Source: a virus (taxonomy: Duplodnaviria > Caudoviricetes). From it: a stretch of DNA of 45,899 nt. The stretch lies in the IMG/VR virus record IMGVR_UViG_3300005323_000062, positions 1 to 45,899 of that record. One strand, written 5' to 3'. Every line of letters starts with the position of its first letter. Position 1 is the first letter of the stretch. The notes beneath the pieces are model-generated. The model was not told the DNA's origin. It did not search any database and worked only from the letters and a program-made list of their open reading frames with translations. The position numbers were made by a program, and so were the translations under genes. Below, one piece after another: positions 1-10,245 of this stretch.

Positions 1-123
1 GAACTAGTCTTAGAGATAGCTGTGTGTACGTCGTGAGAAAACAATATTGGCGTTCCATCCGTATTAACTAGCCCTGTTTCTGTAAGAACGCTTCCATTCG
101 CCTCAGTAGAAGCAACATAACCC
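1..123. repeat. Terminal direct repeat, copy 1 (identical to 45777-45899); assembly overlap of a circular or circularly permuted genome
   Basis: gaactagtct...gcaacataaccc occurs at both ends; an ORF reads in frame across the join. Confidence 0.95.
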
Positions 124-359
124 TTAATCGTTACCTCGTTATTAACCGTATCAAAGGTTGGATAACCGCTAACGAAAGCTTTATAATCGTTGCCACCACT
201 CCAAGCAGCAACGGGCGTAGTCAAACCAGTATCGCTAGCACTAGGTGTGGTCGTGCCAGTACCAATACCAAATTCAGAAACTACAGTCAAGGAAGAATCA
301 AACAAACGCCGAAGAGCCAAATTCTTACCATTAGAAACAACAACCCCAGTAACCGTCAT
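1..359 (-). CDS. Tail/baseplate protein (tail-collar or fibre-attachment like), 5' part; continues at 45776-45734, 133 aa in total
   Basis: Not in ORF track. ATG at 359 after AGGTGA; MTVTGVVVSNGKNLALRRLF...EFGIGTGTTTPSASDTGL...TEANGSVLTETGL...LFSHDVHTAISKTSSVEIIYTWVFGITD*; lies between baseplate hub and fibre genes. Confidence 0.8.
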   Translation of the reverse strand, partial: MTVTGVVVSNGKNLALRRLFDSSLTVVSEFGIGTGTTTPSASDTGLTTPVAAWSGGNDYKAFVSGYPTFDTVNNEVTIKGYVASTEANGSVLTETGLVNTDGTPILFSHDVHTAISKTS

Positions 360-368
360 AAAACTCAC

Positions 369-2516
369 CTAATAATATGTCTTCTCGTAATAAGTATAAT
401 ACTCGGCATCGCTAGTACCCCACCTCGCCGAACCCCAAGCCGAAGTAGTAACATCACTCCACCGCATAAACCCACTAGAATTACGAACCTCAACCTTTAA
501 ATACTTTGGCCTCAACCGAACAACAGACCCACCACTACGCAAAGCAGTAGTATAATCCCCATCACGAATCAACTCGTCCTGCAAAGCCTTAATCTTAGCC
601 TCTACATTAGCCCCCCACTCAGCAGTACGCCACTCCTTGTCACCCAAATAAAGCTCGTCGTACTTAGAAGGGTAAACAATAACGTGCCGATTAATGACTG
701 TGTTCCTAGTTACATTATTGATAGAATCAACTACTTCAATGGTCTGACCGACATCCAAATCAATAATAGCACTACCCTTTACCTTAATCTGAGAATAAAT
801 GAACGGCGTAGAATACTTAGCCAACAAGTTAGTAACCCTAGCCTGTGCGTCAGCGACATTCGTAATGTCTGTATAAACGAACTCTCGCTGCGACAAACCA
901 TACAAAGCCACACTAGAGTCATTCCTATCCTGAACAGGAACAGGAATGACATAAGTATAATCAACAACCACATTACCAGTTCCAGACGCGGGCGCAATCG
1001 CAAACACTATCTTCTTGCCATCCTTATCAATAGCATAATCCTTAAGGACGAGACCATCAGCATCGAAACCGCCACCCTCTTTAAGCGTTCCACCAACAGT
1101 AACCTTAGCAGATGCCGGAGACCGAAGCAACGTAAACGAAAGCTGAGCACCCGTACCATCAAACGCTTCCTGCGTCTCTACCTGAGTATTCGCACCTTTA
1201 ACAGTAATCTCGTTAGCCATCTCAGTCATATCAAACTTCCACTTAGGAACTTCAACCACGTTACTATTAGACCCACCAACGAATATTGTCGAGAGGTTAT
1301 TAGCTGCGCCTTTAGGCTGAAAATAAACCTTACCAGTCTGTGCCCTATAAAAGCACTGATAATCGAGCGATTCTGCCAAACGTTTTATCTTATCCATTGG
1401 GTCAGCATTCTTACAAGGGAATTGTCCTAAAACAATAGCCGAACCAGAATCAACAAAACAATCTGAATATGTAGAGGCATAACGAGGCCAATTTGATACA
1501 CGAACCTCGTCAATACTACCCTTTAAATGCGTGTCACTACCCCTAGAACCCAGACGAAAATCACAACCCGAATAAGTAACTAGCGTTTCGATTTCAGAGT
1601 GACCATCAACAACCCCGTTAACACTCACGTTCAAATCAAAACCATTAAACATTCCGGCAACTAAATACTGTGTTCCTGCAACCAAAACGGTAGAACCAGT
1701 AACCGTCGTTTCGCCGCTAGCGTCCGAGATAGTAAAGTAAGCTTGTCCACTAGAGTTAACTCCCAAAACCCAACCCGAACTAGCCCCACCGCCAGCCTTA
1801 GAGTAACTAGCTATCACTCCTTCTGCAATAGCAGCAGTCATAGTTACATAAGCTTCGATAGCGAAATTGTAAGTCAATTCTAATGCAGGAATAGAACCAA
1901 ACAGCACTTCACTAGTTGAACCGTTAAATGTTACTGCATTACCATACGTTCCAGCTGACTGAGTAAGAGCGACTACGCTAGTTGAAGAATAGCCATTACC
2001 ACTATAGTCGTAAATTGAAGTAGCTTCCTGCATTGGATAAAGAGCCAAAGTATAGTCGTCGTTATCAAAAGGCCCAGCGTACAAGCCACACCACTTGATG
2101 ACAATGTCTCTAACTAACTCACTTATCTTTCCACCATATAAGTCAACTGAAGAATCGTAAGTGTAATTGACTAGACGGCGAACCAAATTAGCCATCGGGT
2201 CTTTTCCGACAATATTTATAGTAGCCCCTTCCGGTTCGTAACTATCTATAAACCCATCGAATATCTTTTCATCAACGTCCGAAACCCAGCCGCGATAAAC
2301 CACCACGCTCGCATTATTATCTAACGTTACTAAAGAAGTGACAGTCTTAGCGCAGGTAATATTAATAATCCGAATAGACTCTCCATTAGACCTATCAAAA
2401 GTATATGTCTTTACATACCTAGTAACATCTATGCCGCCAACTAGCACTTTAGTAAGCATCGTTGGAGAGGTACGATAGTCATAAACTATCTTACCTCCGT
2501 ATTCTATAACCGTCAC
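369..2516 (-). CDS. Baseplate hub / tail tip protein with inserted LamG (concanavalin-A-like) domain
   Basis: Hub-like N-terminus (IFDGFIDSYEP...INIVGKD); LamG signature (VTFNGSTS...FAIEAYV...NVSVNG...LKGSIDEVRVSN); downstream of tape measure and distal tail genes. Confidence 0.7.
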   Translation of the reverse strand: MTVIEYGGKIVYDYRTSPTMLTKVLVGGIDVTRYVKTYTFDRSNGESIRIINITCAKTVTSLVTLDNNASVVVYRGWVSDVDEKIFDGFIDSYEPEGATINIVGKDPMANLVRRLVNYTYDSSVDLYGGKISELVRDIVIKWCGLYAGPFDNDDYTLALYPMQEATSIYDYSGNGYSSTSVVALTQSAGTYGNAVTFNGSTSEVLFGSIPALELTYNFAIEAYVTMTAAIAEGVIASYSKAGGGASSGWVLGVNSSGQAYFTISDASGETTVTGSTVLVAGTQYLVAGMFNGFDLNVSVNGVVDGHSEIETLVTYSGCDFRLGSRGSDTHLKGSIDEVRVSNWPRYASTYSDCFVDSGSAIVLGQFPCKNADPMDKIKRLAESLDYQCFYRAQTGKVYFQPKGAANNLSTIFVGGSNSNVVEVPKWKFDMTEMANEITVKGANTQVETQEAFDGTGAQLSFTLLRSPASAKVTVGGTLKEGGGFDADGLVLKDYAIDKDGKKIVFAIAPASGTGNVVVDYTYVIPVPVQDRNDSSVALYGLSQREFVYTDITNVADAQARVTNLLAKYSTPFIYSQIKVKGSAIIDLDVGQTIEVVDSINNVTRNTVINRHVIVYPSKYDELYLGDKEWRTAEWGANVEAKIKALQDELIRDGDYTTALRSGGSVVRLRPKYLKVEVRNSSGFMRWSDVTTSAWGSARWGTSDAEYYTYYEKTYY

Positions 2517-5500
2517 GAAAGTCTACCCCTTATACCAAATGGTCTAGTATCCGTTGGAACACTTTTCAAAAACAACCAACACCAAACCGAAACTGACTGA
2601 TTCAATGCCAATACAGAAGAAATGTTCTTAGGAACAGACGTCAAGTTTATAGCATTGGCGGTACTAGTCGTATTAGAGCAAGCGACATTCAAAAACGGTT
2701 TAGTTTCATTAACCCTAATTTGTACTACGCCAATCAGCGTCCCGTTGTTGGTAATATTGAAAGCTGGTCTTCCGAGAGTAATGTTTTGAGCAGTTGAGTT
2801 GCAATAAGTATTTACTGTGCAATTAGTAAAGTTTAATGCTGAACCACTATAGTCACTCCAGCCAGTTCCATTATAGATTTGGAAAAGTATAGAACCGACA
2901 GCTACTACTGCATAGCAAAGTTTGCTTGCTTCTACGTTTCCAGCCACATCTACGGATGAATAGTTTATAGTAAAGTTGCCACTATTCGTAAAAGAAAACA
3001 CCGTGTTGTTACTGAGATTAACTCCGTTGATTGTGTGTTGAGTAAAGGCTACTTGTGAAACCGAATCCGTGCCATTTAATCCAACAACAACTGGTGGAAC
3101 CACACCCAAACCCGTTGCATTACAAGTAGTTACTGGTGCAGTCTTATCGAGTGCCAAGTAGAATGTCTTGTTAGCTTCAATGTTTCCAGCAGTGTCTTGC
3201 GAGAAGCACTTGATTGTGTTATTCGCTTCGGTGGTAATCATGAAGAGAGTGTTGTTTGTTACCGTACCATTGCCAAGATAACACGTGGTGTACAATATAG
3301 GTATCGCGTCTGTAGCGTTAACTGCAACCATCTGGTTACTCTTATACCATACGGACTGACTCGTGTTTATGGTGGTAATTGGCAGGGACTTGTCTATAGC
3401 TATATAATATGTTTTGTTAGCTTCCTGATTACCTGCAACGTCAGTAGTTTGACACTTAAGCGTGTTGTTTGCGGAGTTAGTTACTAATATTAGTGTGTTG
3501 TTGCTTCCTGCCGCCCCGTTCAACCAACAAGTAGTAAAGAACACGCCAGACGTTCCATCAGTCCCATTAACTGCAACCATCTGATTACCCGAATACCAAA
3601 TTGACTGACTAGTGTTTATCGTGGTGACTGGCGCGACATTGTCGAGTGCAGCATACCTAGTTTTGTTAGCTTCCTTATTACCTGCCTTGTCTTGAGAGTA
3701 GAAAACATAGGTGTTGTTTCCTTGAATGTTTATTGAAAATATGGTTGCATTACTCACTCCACCGTTCCAATGCTGAGTGAAAAATACTTGCGAAACTGCA
3801 TCAGTTCCATTCAAAGCTATAGGGAGGACTGCAACACGATACCAACTATCCGTAATGTTTGTAGTAGTTACTGGCGCAACCTTATCCAAAGCTAGATAAA
3901 ATGTTTTATTCGCTTCGAGATTCCCTGCATTGTCCATAGATTGACATTTTATCGTGTTGTTTGCTTGCGTTGAAATTACGAAGAGAGTGTTGTTCGTTAC
4001 CGTACCATTGCCAAGCCAACAAGTCGTGAAAGCGACGTTGGAGGTACTGTCAGTTCCATTAACAGCCACCATTTGGTCGCTCGTATACCAGATTGATTGC
4101 GAAGTGTTAATCGTAGTAACTGGCGCAGTCTTGTCCAACGCTATATAGAATGTCTGTTCAACTTCAAGATTTCCTGCAACGTCTTGCGAAAACATCTTCA
4201 TCGTGTTATTCGCTTCAGTGGTAACTAAGATGGTTGTGCCATTAGTATAAGCACCAGCACCATTCTTATAAGTAGTGTAGAGCGTTCCAGATAATGTCTC
4301 GGTTACGGTCAAACCAATACCCGTATTGGCGCGATACCAAGTTGCAGAACCATTTTGAGCAGTTACGGGCGCAGTCTTATCGAGTGCCAAGTAGAACGTC
4401 TTGTTCAATTCGATTTCGCCATCGCTACCCTGTGAAAAACAGACTATCGTGTTGTTTGCTTGCGTCGTAATTGTAAAGATGGTGTTGTTTGTTACCGTAC
4501 CATTGCCAAGCCAACAAGTAGTGTATGCTATACCTGCACCATAAGTTCCATTTACTGCAACTGTCTGGTCAGACTTGAACCAAGCTGATTGAGAAGAGTT
4601 TATAGTAGTTATTGGTGACGACTTGTTTATTTGCGACCCAAAGAAAACTATTGGTAAGGAAGCAGCCTCTTTGCGTATCACTACATTCTTTATGTAGCCT
4701 GCTGTGGTGTAACCTACTCCGGGCGCACTATCGTAATCTCCAACGTAGAAATAAGAATACGGAACCAAGGTGGTTATTGCAATACTGTCGAGGAAACGTA
4801 CCGTACCGTTAGGGAAAGATATGTTGGAAGAAAGATTCTTGTTTATCTTTTTCGTGGTTACATTGTAGCCGGTCTTAAAGACTTCGTAATTATTGTAATT
4901 TGCATCTGTGTCTGTTCCACCCTCGCGTTTTTGCAAGATGAGTCTAGGTGCAGATTGTGGTTGGTCTCTGTGCCCTATGGCATTCAGTGAATCCGTCCAT
5001 TGATAAGATGTGGACGTTGCACCAATGTTCATACAACCGTTACCACTTCCAGAAGTCATATTGACAAAGTAATTCATAGAATAGTTTTCATCAGCCCCGA
5101 AAGCCAAAGCTACTGTAGCCGTGTCATTCGCTGTACCTCTATCATTTGACCAATTAAGCGTGTTCGAGGTAGTGTCTACAAAGAAATCAGTGCCACGATA
5201 AGAGAATTTATCGGTTGTGAAATCGTCATAGTATAGATATGTGTGACTGCAATCTTGCCCATTCTCGAAAGAATCTGTTCCGTAATACATATAGATTGAA
5301 GTGTTCGCCGAAGCCGCGAGATACGACACGTTCACATCGAAGAAAGCGTGGCTTGAATCAACTTTTGATGCAATACAATTTGGCAACTCATAGTTCTCTG
5401 AGCCATTCGTAAAGTGGACGTTGGTAAAGTTAGCATTCATTTGCGGATTCCAAGACACATTCATCCGAACAGCAAAGTTCGACTGAGCAAAACCAGAAGT

Positions 5501-6196
5501 CTCTGTAATATTTATCTGAACCTTTGTGAGTGTGTTGTTAATCCACCAAGCGTGACGGTTAAAAGGAACACCAAAAATACTCGCCTTCAAATCCACTATA
5601 GCGTCGGGGTTGTCACGAGAAAATCTGAATGCGACGAGTTTCGACTCGCCCTTCCTGAAATTCAAGTCGCCCGAAGTCATTGGAGTCCATTCTCCAATCA
5701 AGCGATATTCAGTCTTATATCCTGCAGCATATTTCTCGACGAAGTCGGGTTGGGCAGACTCGTTGACGAACCCAATCACCTTGACGGTTCTTTCGTCCCA
5801 AATAGTCTTGTTGATAGTCTCATTATGCTGATTATATACCCACAATTCCTTAAATGCAACATGAGGAACGAGTATGCCAGTAAAATTACTTGCCTTTATC
5901 GAATAGTTAAAATTGAAAGTCACATTATAGATGAGTTCACACTCTAAAAACCCATTCCTAGTTCCGCAATCACGAAGGTAAACCGAATTATTGCGTACTG
6001 CTGCATTAGTAATGTTCGCAGAGAACATAGTCTTGTTCGCAACATTCACATAAATCGTCAAGTTGTCGTCCGAATAATTCGTAGTGATGTCTCTAAACTG
6101 GTTAACATTACAATTCCCCTGAAGACAGAACTGTAAAGACAAGAAGTAAAGTAGTGCTACAGTACCAATAGACAAACCAATCTTTTTAATATCCAT
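2513..6196 (-). CDS. 1227-aa secreted/surface-type protein: signal peptide, DUF2341-like domain, seven Ig-like repeats, many N-x-S/T sequons
   Basis: MDIKKIGLSIGTVALLYFL signal-like start; QMNANFTNVHFTN...SANTSIYMYYG resembles DUF2341; D[KN]xxP[VI]T...DxAGNxE repeats. Confidence 0.75.
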   Translation of the reverse strand: MDIKKIGLSIGTVALLYFLSLQFCLQGNCNVNQFRDITTNYSDDNLTIYVNVANKTMFSANITNAAVRNNSVYLRDCGTRNGFLECELIYNVTFNFNYSIKASNFTGILVPHVAFKELWVYNQHNETINKTIWDERTVKVIGFVNESAQPDFVEKYAAGYKTEYRLIGEWTPMTSGDLNFRKGESKLVAFRFSRDNPDAIVDLKASIFGVPFNRHAWWINNTLTKVQINITETSGFAQSNFAVRMNVSWNPQMNANFTNVHFTNGSENYELPNCIASKVDSSHAFFDVNVSYLAASANTSIYMYYGTDSFENGQDCSHTYLYYDDFTTDKFSYRGTDFFVDTTSNTLNWSNDRGTANDTATVALAFGADENYSMNYFVNMTSGSGNGCMNIGATSTSYQWTDSLNAIGHRDQPQSAPRLILQKREGGTDTDANYNNYEVFKTGYNVTTKKINKNLSSNISFPNGTVRFLDSIAITTLVPYSYFYVGDYDSAPGVGYTTAGYIKNVVIRKEAASLPIVFFGSQINKSSPITTINSSQSAWFKSDQTVAVNGTYGAGIAYTTCWLGNGTVTNNTIFTITTQANNTIVCFSQGSDGEIELNKTFYLALDKTAPVTAQNGSATWYRANTGIGLTVTETLSGTLYTTYKNGAGAYTNGTTILVTTEANNTMKMFSQDVAGNLEVEQTFYIALDKTAPVTTINTSQSIWYTSDQMVAVNGTDSTSNVAFTTCWLGNGTVTNNTLFVISTQANNTIKCQSMDNAGNLEANKTFYLALDKVAPVTTTNITDSWYRVAVLPIALNGTDAVSQVFFTQHWNGGVSNATIFSINIQGNNTYVFYSQDKAGNKEANKTRYAALDNVAPVTTINTSQSIWYSGNQMVAVNGTDGTSGVFFTTCWLNGAAGSNNTLILVTNSANNTLKCQTTDVAGNQEANKTYYIAIDKSLPITTINTSQSVWYKSNQMVAVNATDAIPILYTTCYLGNGTVTNNTLFMITTEANNTIKCFSQDTAGNIEANKTFYLALDKTAPVTTCNATGLGVVPPVVVGLNGTDSVSQVAFTQHTINGVNLSNNTVFSFTNSGNFTINYSSVDVAGNVEASKLCYAVVAVGSILFQIYNGTGWSDYSGSALNFTNCTVNTYCNSTAQNITLGRPAFNITNNGTLIGVVQIRVNETKPFLNVACSNTTSTANAINLTSVPKNISSVLALNQSVSVWCWLFLKSVPTDTRPFGIRGRLS
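2905..4625 (-). repeat. Seven tandem ~80-85-aa Ig-like repeats inside the surface protein
   Basis: Units start KSSPITT, KTAPVTA, KTAPVTT, KVAPVTT, NVAPVTT, KSLPITT, KTAPVTT; DNA near-identities such as gttaccgtaccattgccaag (three copies) and gcagtcttatcgagtgccaagtagaa (two copies); boundaries approximate. Confidence 0.85.
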
Positions 6197-6201
6197 TCAA
6201 T

Positions 6202-6636
6202 TCACGTTCCACAAATAGTAAAAGTAATATCATACTTAATAAATGAATATGGATTACCCTCTACCAAACTAACGTCAAGAGTATTAATCTTAACCGTACA
6301 CGTTCCATAGAACTCACTAACATAAGTGAGTGGTGCATCCTGTTGACCAGCAATCAAACCAAACAAAGAATCTCCAGCCGGTTTCATAGCCGTATTATTT
6401 GGAGGGTTATTAGCCGAACCAGCAAAAACAAACTGTTGCAATTCCAACTTAGCATCAGCCAAAGTCGCAGTCTTAGTACCACTAATCACGATAGTACCCG
6501 TCACACCAGTAAAATCGAAAGCAAGCAAGTCAGCAGCGTCCGTCTTCGGAATAGGCAATAGAATCAAACCACTGTCTTTAGTGACTTGTTCCTTATTAAC
6601 GAAACCTAAATCAAGTCCGCTTAGTGTCCACGCCAC
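6202..6636 (-). CDS. Putative distal tail (Dit-like) protein
   Basis: 144 aa, beta-rich, just downstream of tape measure; positional inference. Confidence 0.55.
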   Translation of the reverse strand: MAWTLSGLDLGFVNKEQVTKDSGLILLPIPKTDAADLLAFDFTGVTGTIVISGTKTATLADAKLELQQFVFAGSANNPPNNTAMKPAGDSLFGLIAGQQDAPLTYVSEFYGTCTVKINTLDVSLVEGNPYSFIKYDITFTICGT

Positions 6637-6835
6637 GCTTAACTTCCTCTAACAACTTTTTAATAGAAACCATTTCCCCTTTCAAACTCGTTAACTCCGC
6701 CTTAGTATCATTCACAAACCGATACAACATACCCGTAGTCGCCGCGTCATTAGAACGAACCAAATTCAACTTCGATTCAATCCTCTGCAACCTATCCTCA
6801 GCCGATTCTGGTTCTTGCTTAACTTGCTCTTGCAT
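6611..6835 (-). CDS. Small coiled-coil hypothetical protein
   Basis: Overlaps both neighbours in the operon; heptad-like pattern. Confidence 0.55.
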   Translation of the reverse strand: MQEQVKQEPESAEDRLQRIESKLNLVRSNDAATTGMLYRFVNDTKAELTSLKGEMVSIKKLLEEVKRGVDTKRT

Positions 6836-8162
6836 AACTCGTTCTCCTCGACAACTCTATCTGCGTATCCCTTGCAATCTGCCTAGCCAACTCCTTAATA
6901 TCATAATCCTTAGAAATCTTAACATCACTAATATAAACAGTAATAGCTCCATCAGATTGTCCAGAACCGCCCCGACTACTCACACGCTCTCCCGCTTGTA
7001 AAGAATACAAACCACTCGAAGTAATTAAACCACCAGAATCTCGCAATCCTGAATTAGATGCAACGAACTGAGCACCAGCCAAACTACCAAAAACAGTATT
7101 TGCAAAAGCCGAATTAGATGACGAACTATTAGTTAAAGAAGAACTAGACGATGGACTAATAGTACCAGTTGTGAGCGAATCTAAAAGCGTTTGGTCTACG
7201 GTATTTCCCATAGTTGTAGTTATTCCGGTTGTCGTGGTCTTTCCCAAACCAGTAGAATACGCTGTTTCAGCCGCAGTCTTAGTTTTAGATACCGAAGCAT
7301 TATACTCATTAATCTTATTAGCAATCCACTTAAACAATTCCGTAATAGCAACAGCAATTAACGCCGCAGCAACAACTATTACAGCTAGTTCAGCAAAACT
7401 AGCTACGCCCAAACTTACTGCAACCCATTTAAACAAACCAGCAATTGCTGGAGCAATACTAGTAAGAGCAGTAGAAACACCTGTTTCTGTAGAAATCAAT
7501 GCGATTCCACCACTAACCCAAGCAAACAACCCAGTAATTGCAGTACCAATGGCCGCCAAAGCAGCTAAAGTAGCTTGAGCAACCAACAAAGTAGCCAACA
7601 GAGCCGCTATACCCATAAACAAAGCGACAACCGGATTCTCATTACCGGCCTTAACAGCCCCACCAGTAATCTGAGCGAAAGGTTTTAAAAACACCAACAA
7701 AGCCTTCATAATCAAAACAGACAACGGGATGAACCACGCGCCCATCAACTTCAAGAAAGCACCCAAAATCTTAAATACCGGAAGGAAACCAGTATTCAAA
7801 ACCTCATAAATAGCTGATACCAAACCAAAGATTCCACTAACCTTCAAACCCAAAGCCAAACCAGAAGCAATATCCTTTGAAAAAATACCCGCAACAGCCT
7901 TAGATACGCCTTGCTTATAACCAGCAAAACCACCAACACCAAGTTTGTCTCTCTTATCAGACAACATCGCTGCTTCTTCTTTAGCCTTAAGTCTAAGTAT
8001 AGCTTTCTCCATAGCGTCCAATTCTTTCTCAGCACGAGAACCAAATTTAGAATCGTCCTTAGAAGAAGAACGAGAACCACCCGGCACAGCACCCATAGCT
8101 GAAGCTACTTGATTATCCAACTCAAGTTTAATCCTAATAGTCCCGTCAGAGTTTTCAGCCAC
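6819..8162 (-). CDS. Tail tape measure protein (short, 447 aa)
   Basis: Follows tail chaperones; N-terminal IRIKLEL, Ala/Gly-rich hydrophobic helices, C-terminal GG...LQAGERV...ITVYI motif typical of tape measure ends. Confidence 0.8.
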   Translation of the reverse strand: MAENSDGTIRIKLELDNQVASAMGAVPGGSRSSSKDDSKFGSRAEKELDAMEKAILRLKAKEEAAMLSDKRDKLGVGGFAGYKQGVSKAVAGIFSKDIASGLALGLKVSGIFGLVSAIYEVLNTGFLPVFKILGAFLKLMGAWFIPLSVLIMKALLVFLKPFAQITGGAVKAGNENPVVALFMGIAALLATLLVAQATLAALAAIGTAITGLFAWVSGGIALISTETGVSTALTSIAPAIAGLFKWVAVSLGVASFAELAVIVVAAALIAVAITELFKWIANKINEYNASVSKTKTAAETAYSTGLGKTTTTGITTTMGNTVDQTLLDSLTTGTISPSSSSSLTNSSSSNSAFANTVFGSLAGAQFVASNSGLRDSGGLITSSGLYSLQAGERVSSRGGSGQSDGAITVYISDVKISKDYDIKELARQIARDTQIELSRRTSYARAS

Positions 8163-8346
8163 GTTTCATTGCCTTCTGTTGTTCCTTTAATTCCAAATCC
8201 TTAACCGCATCACTCAAAACCATTAACTCTTGCAAGTCAACCCAAGCCTCGCCATCAATCTCGCTCGGCAAGTAACCAAACTCTTTACAAAGTTTGTACC
8301 TGAAAAACGCCCACTCGAAACCCGGTTGCGGAGAACCGCGCTTCAC
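8155..8346 (-). CDS. Tail assembly chaperone, frameshift extension (gpGT-like T portion)
   Basis: LCKEFGYLPSEID motif; in the -1 frame of the upstream chaperone, open from the slippery site. Confidence 0.75.
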   Translation of the reverse strand: MKRGSPQPGFEWAFFRYKLCKEFGYLPSEIDGEAWVDLQELMVLSDAVKDLELKEQQKAMKRG

Positions 8347-8354
8347 ACCAGCCT

Positions 8355-8669
8355 TTAACTGGTACTCGCTAAAGGGCTTACTTCAGAGAGTTTATCAACC
8401 GCAACCACGAGTTTGTCATAATCCTCTGGATACAACTTATCCCTAATCGCCTGAAGAGATTTAAACTCTGCCGGAGACTCGATAGCAGCCAACACCCTCA
8501 ACTCGTTATACAAAACGAAATCCAAATCATAAGACCCATTAGCCGCTTTTACGTCACCACGAATCTTCATCGCATCCCGATACGCTTGATTGCGTTGTCC
8601 AGCACTATACTTCCTAAGAACAATCTTAGTCGGTACGTCCTTCCCAATCTCTGTTACTTCAACTTCCAT
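8355..8669 (-). CDS. Tail assembly chaperone (gpG-like)
   Basis: 104 aa between tail tube and tape measure; ends with a slippery heptamer. Confidence 0.75.
   Translation of the reverse strand: MEVEVTEIGKDVPTKIVLRKYSAGQRNQAYRDAMKIRGDVKAANGSYDLDFVLYNELRVLAAIESPAEFKSLQAIRDKLYPEDYDKLVVAVDKLSEVSPLASTS
8370..8376 (-). other. -1 programmed ribosomal frameshift site C CCU UUA
   Basis: X XXY YYZ heptamer in the correct phase (AGC CCT TTA); -1 frame reads CCC TTT AGC GAG TAC CAG TTA AAG GCT GGT GTG AAG CGC into ORF 8155-8346. Confidence 0.8.
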
Positions 8670-8683
8670 TCCTCAAAACACCC

Positions 8684-9757
8684 CTAAGCTAGATATGCTC
8701 CAGCTGTTGCATTCACAAAAGTAATCGGCGCACCAGTCGGAACAGCACCCCAATTAGTTTGTGTGAAGTCACGAATCATACACGTGAAGTCAAGCATAGT
8801 CACATCACCAACCTTAGTTGAGACGGATTGCTTCGTAAAGGCAGCAGCACCAATGTTGATTGTGAGCGTCCTTGCAGCAGTCGTCGCCCCAGAGTTAGTT
8901 GAAACAATCTTAACTGTCTCATCAACTTTGGGTGCTCCAACGCTAGCAAAAGTACTCGCGCCACTAGTGTCATTAGTGATTTTCTGTATAGCCCAAATCG
9001 CTTCATCAGTCATAGCAATCGTGCCATTCAAGTCAATTTCCAGTTGTTTAGCCGGAGACGCCTGAAGCAGTTGTGTTCCAAGAGAACCAACCCTCTCTAC
9101 ATTGTTATTGATTGTCAAATCAAAACTTTGCACCTGCGATATTGCAGTGCTGTTTGGAATAGACAAAGTAATATACTGCGGGGGGTGAACTTCGTCAGTA
9201 GAGAATGCGGCCGCTTGACCACCAGAATTAAGAGCAACCGATACGTTCTTAGCAATAAAGTCAGCAGTCATATTAAGAGGAGCACCCAAATCTCCTTTAA
9301 TACGAAGGTTAGTAATCCTGCAACCAGTATAAGTTTCAACAGTTTCAAACGCGGTACTACCCATTACATCAGTACCTCTAGTAACAACCATCGTAAATGA
9401 CGGAAGAGAAGAAACTTCTATGGGGGAAGCAGCAGCAGTCTTATAATTAATCCAGTGAGTATACACACCAGCAGCATCAGTAACAGCATCAGCACCCATA
9501 GCATAAGCTATAAGACGAGCATCCTGAAACAAACCATCAATAGTACCAGTCACATTAGCAGCAGTACCAACAAGAGCCTGAGATTCACGAACACCAAGAG
9601 CATTAACCCTAGTAGTATCAACACTAATCTCAGCATCAAGAGAATTAACATACATACCCATATTCGTATAACCAGTGCCGGGGTCTGTACCAAAAGTTGT
9701 TTCTTTTATCATTACCGCGCTAGTTACGGGCCCGGAGTAGTTTGCATTTACCGCCAT
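8684..9757 (-). CDS. Major tail tube protein
   Basis: Start moved to MAVNANY after AGGTGT; KETTFGTDP, LPSFT, YTGCRI, SFDLTINNNVE motifs of phage tail tubes. Confidence 0.85.
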   Translation of the reverse strand: MAVNANYSGPVTSAVMIKETTFGTDPGTGYTNMGMYVNSLDAEISVDTTRVNALGVRESQALVGTAANVTGTIDGLFQDARLIAYAMGADAVTDAAGVYTHWINYKTAAASPIEVSSLPSFTMVVTRGTDVMGSTAFETVETYTGCRITNLRIKGDLGAPLNMTADFIAKNVSVALNSGGQAAAFSTDEVHPPQYITLSIPNSTAISQVQSFDLTINNNVERVGSLGTQLLQASPAKQLEIDLNGTIAMTDEAIWAIQKITNDTSGASTFASVGAPKVDETVKIVSTNSGATTAARTLTINIGAAAFTKQSVSTKVGDVTMLDFTCMIRDFTQTNWGAVPTGAPITFVNATAGAYLA

Positions 9758-9768
9758 CTTACATACAC

Positions 9769-10245
9769 CTATGCAGTCTGTAACCACTTACCAGTTACAG
9801 TTACTGTTTTTCTAAAACTATTCATCGCCGGAGAAACACTAGTAGGAGACCCACCAGCACACCGGAGTAAATTAAAATACCCATTAGACGCTTCTGCCGT
9901 TTGAGCACCACGCTGCCAATCAGAAAACGTAACATTCGCTTGCCTATAGTTAGGGTTGTTCATTATAGTTTGCTCTATCTCCCCAGCTACTATTTCGCAA
10001 TCTTGTGGTTTGATGGCTTGGATTTCAAAATTAGTTGTGAAGATTCTCCAAGTCGGAGCAGTTGCGCCTAGGGCTGCAAACTGCTGCTGGGGAGAAAGAG
10101 TGTAAACGTTTATTCTAGGGAACTTGGTTGCGTCTACGCGTTCTCCGGGAGGGTACACTCGGTTGGATACGCTGGTTACATTATCCTTTAGGAGTTTAGT
10201 TAGAAGAAATGAGATTTGCCTAGTAGCTCCTGTCATCGGATTCAC
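9769..10245 (-). CDS. Tail terminator / completion protein
   Basis: VSNRVYP...FPRINV pattern; immediately upstream of tail tube. Confidence 0.65.
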   Translation of the reverse strand: MNPMTGATRQISFLLTKLLKDNVTSVSNRVYPPGERVDATKFPRINVYTLSPQQQFAALGATAPTWRIFTTNFEIQAIKPQDCEIVAGEIEQTIMNNPNYRQANVTFSDWQRGAQTAEASNGYFNLLRCAGGSPTSVSPAMNSFRKTVTVTGKWLQTA

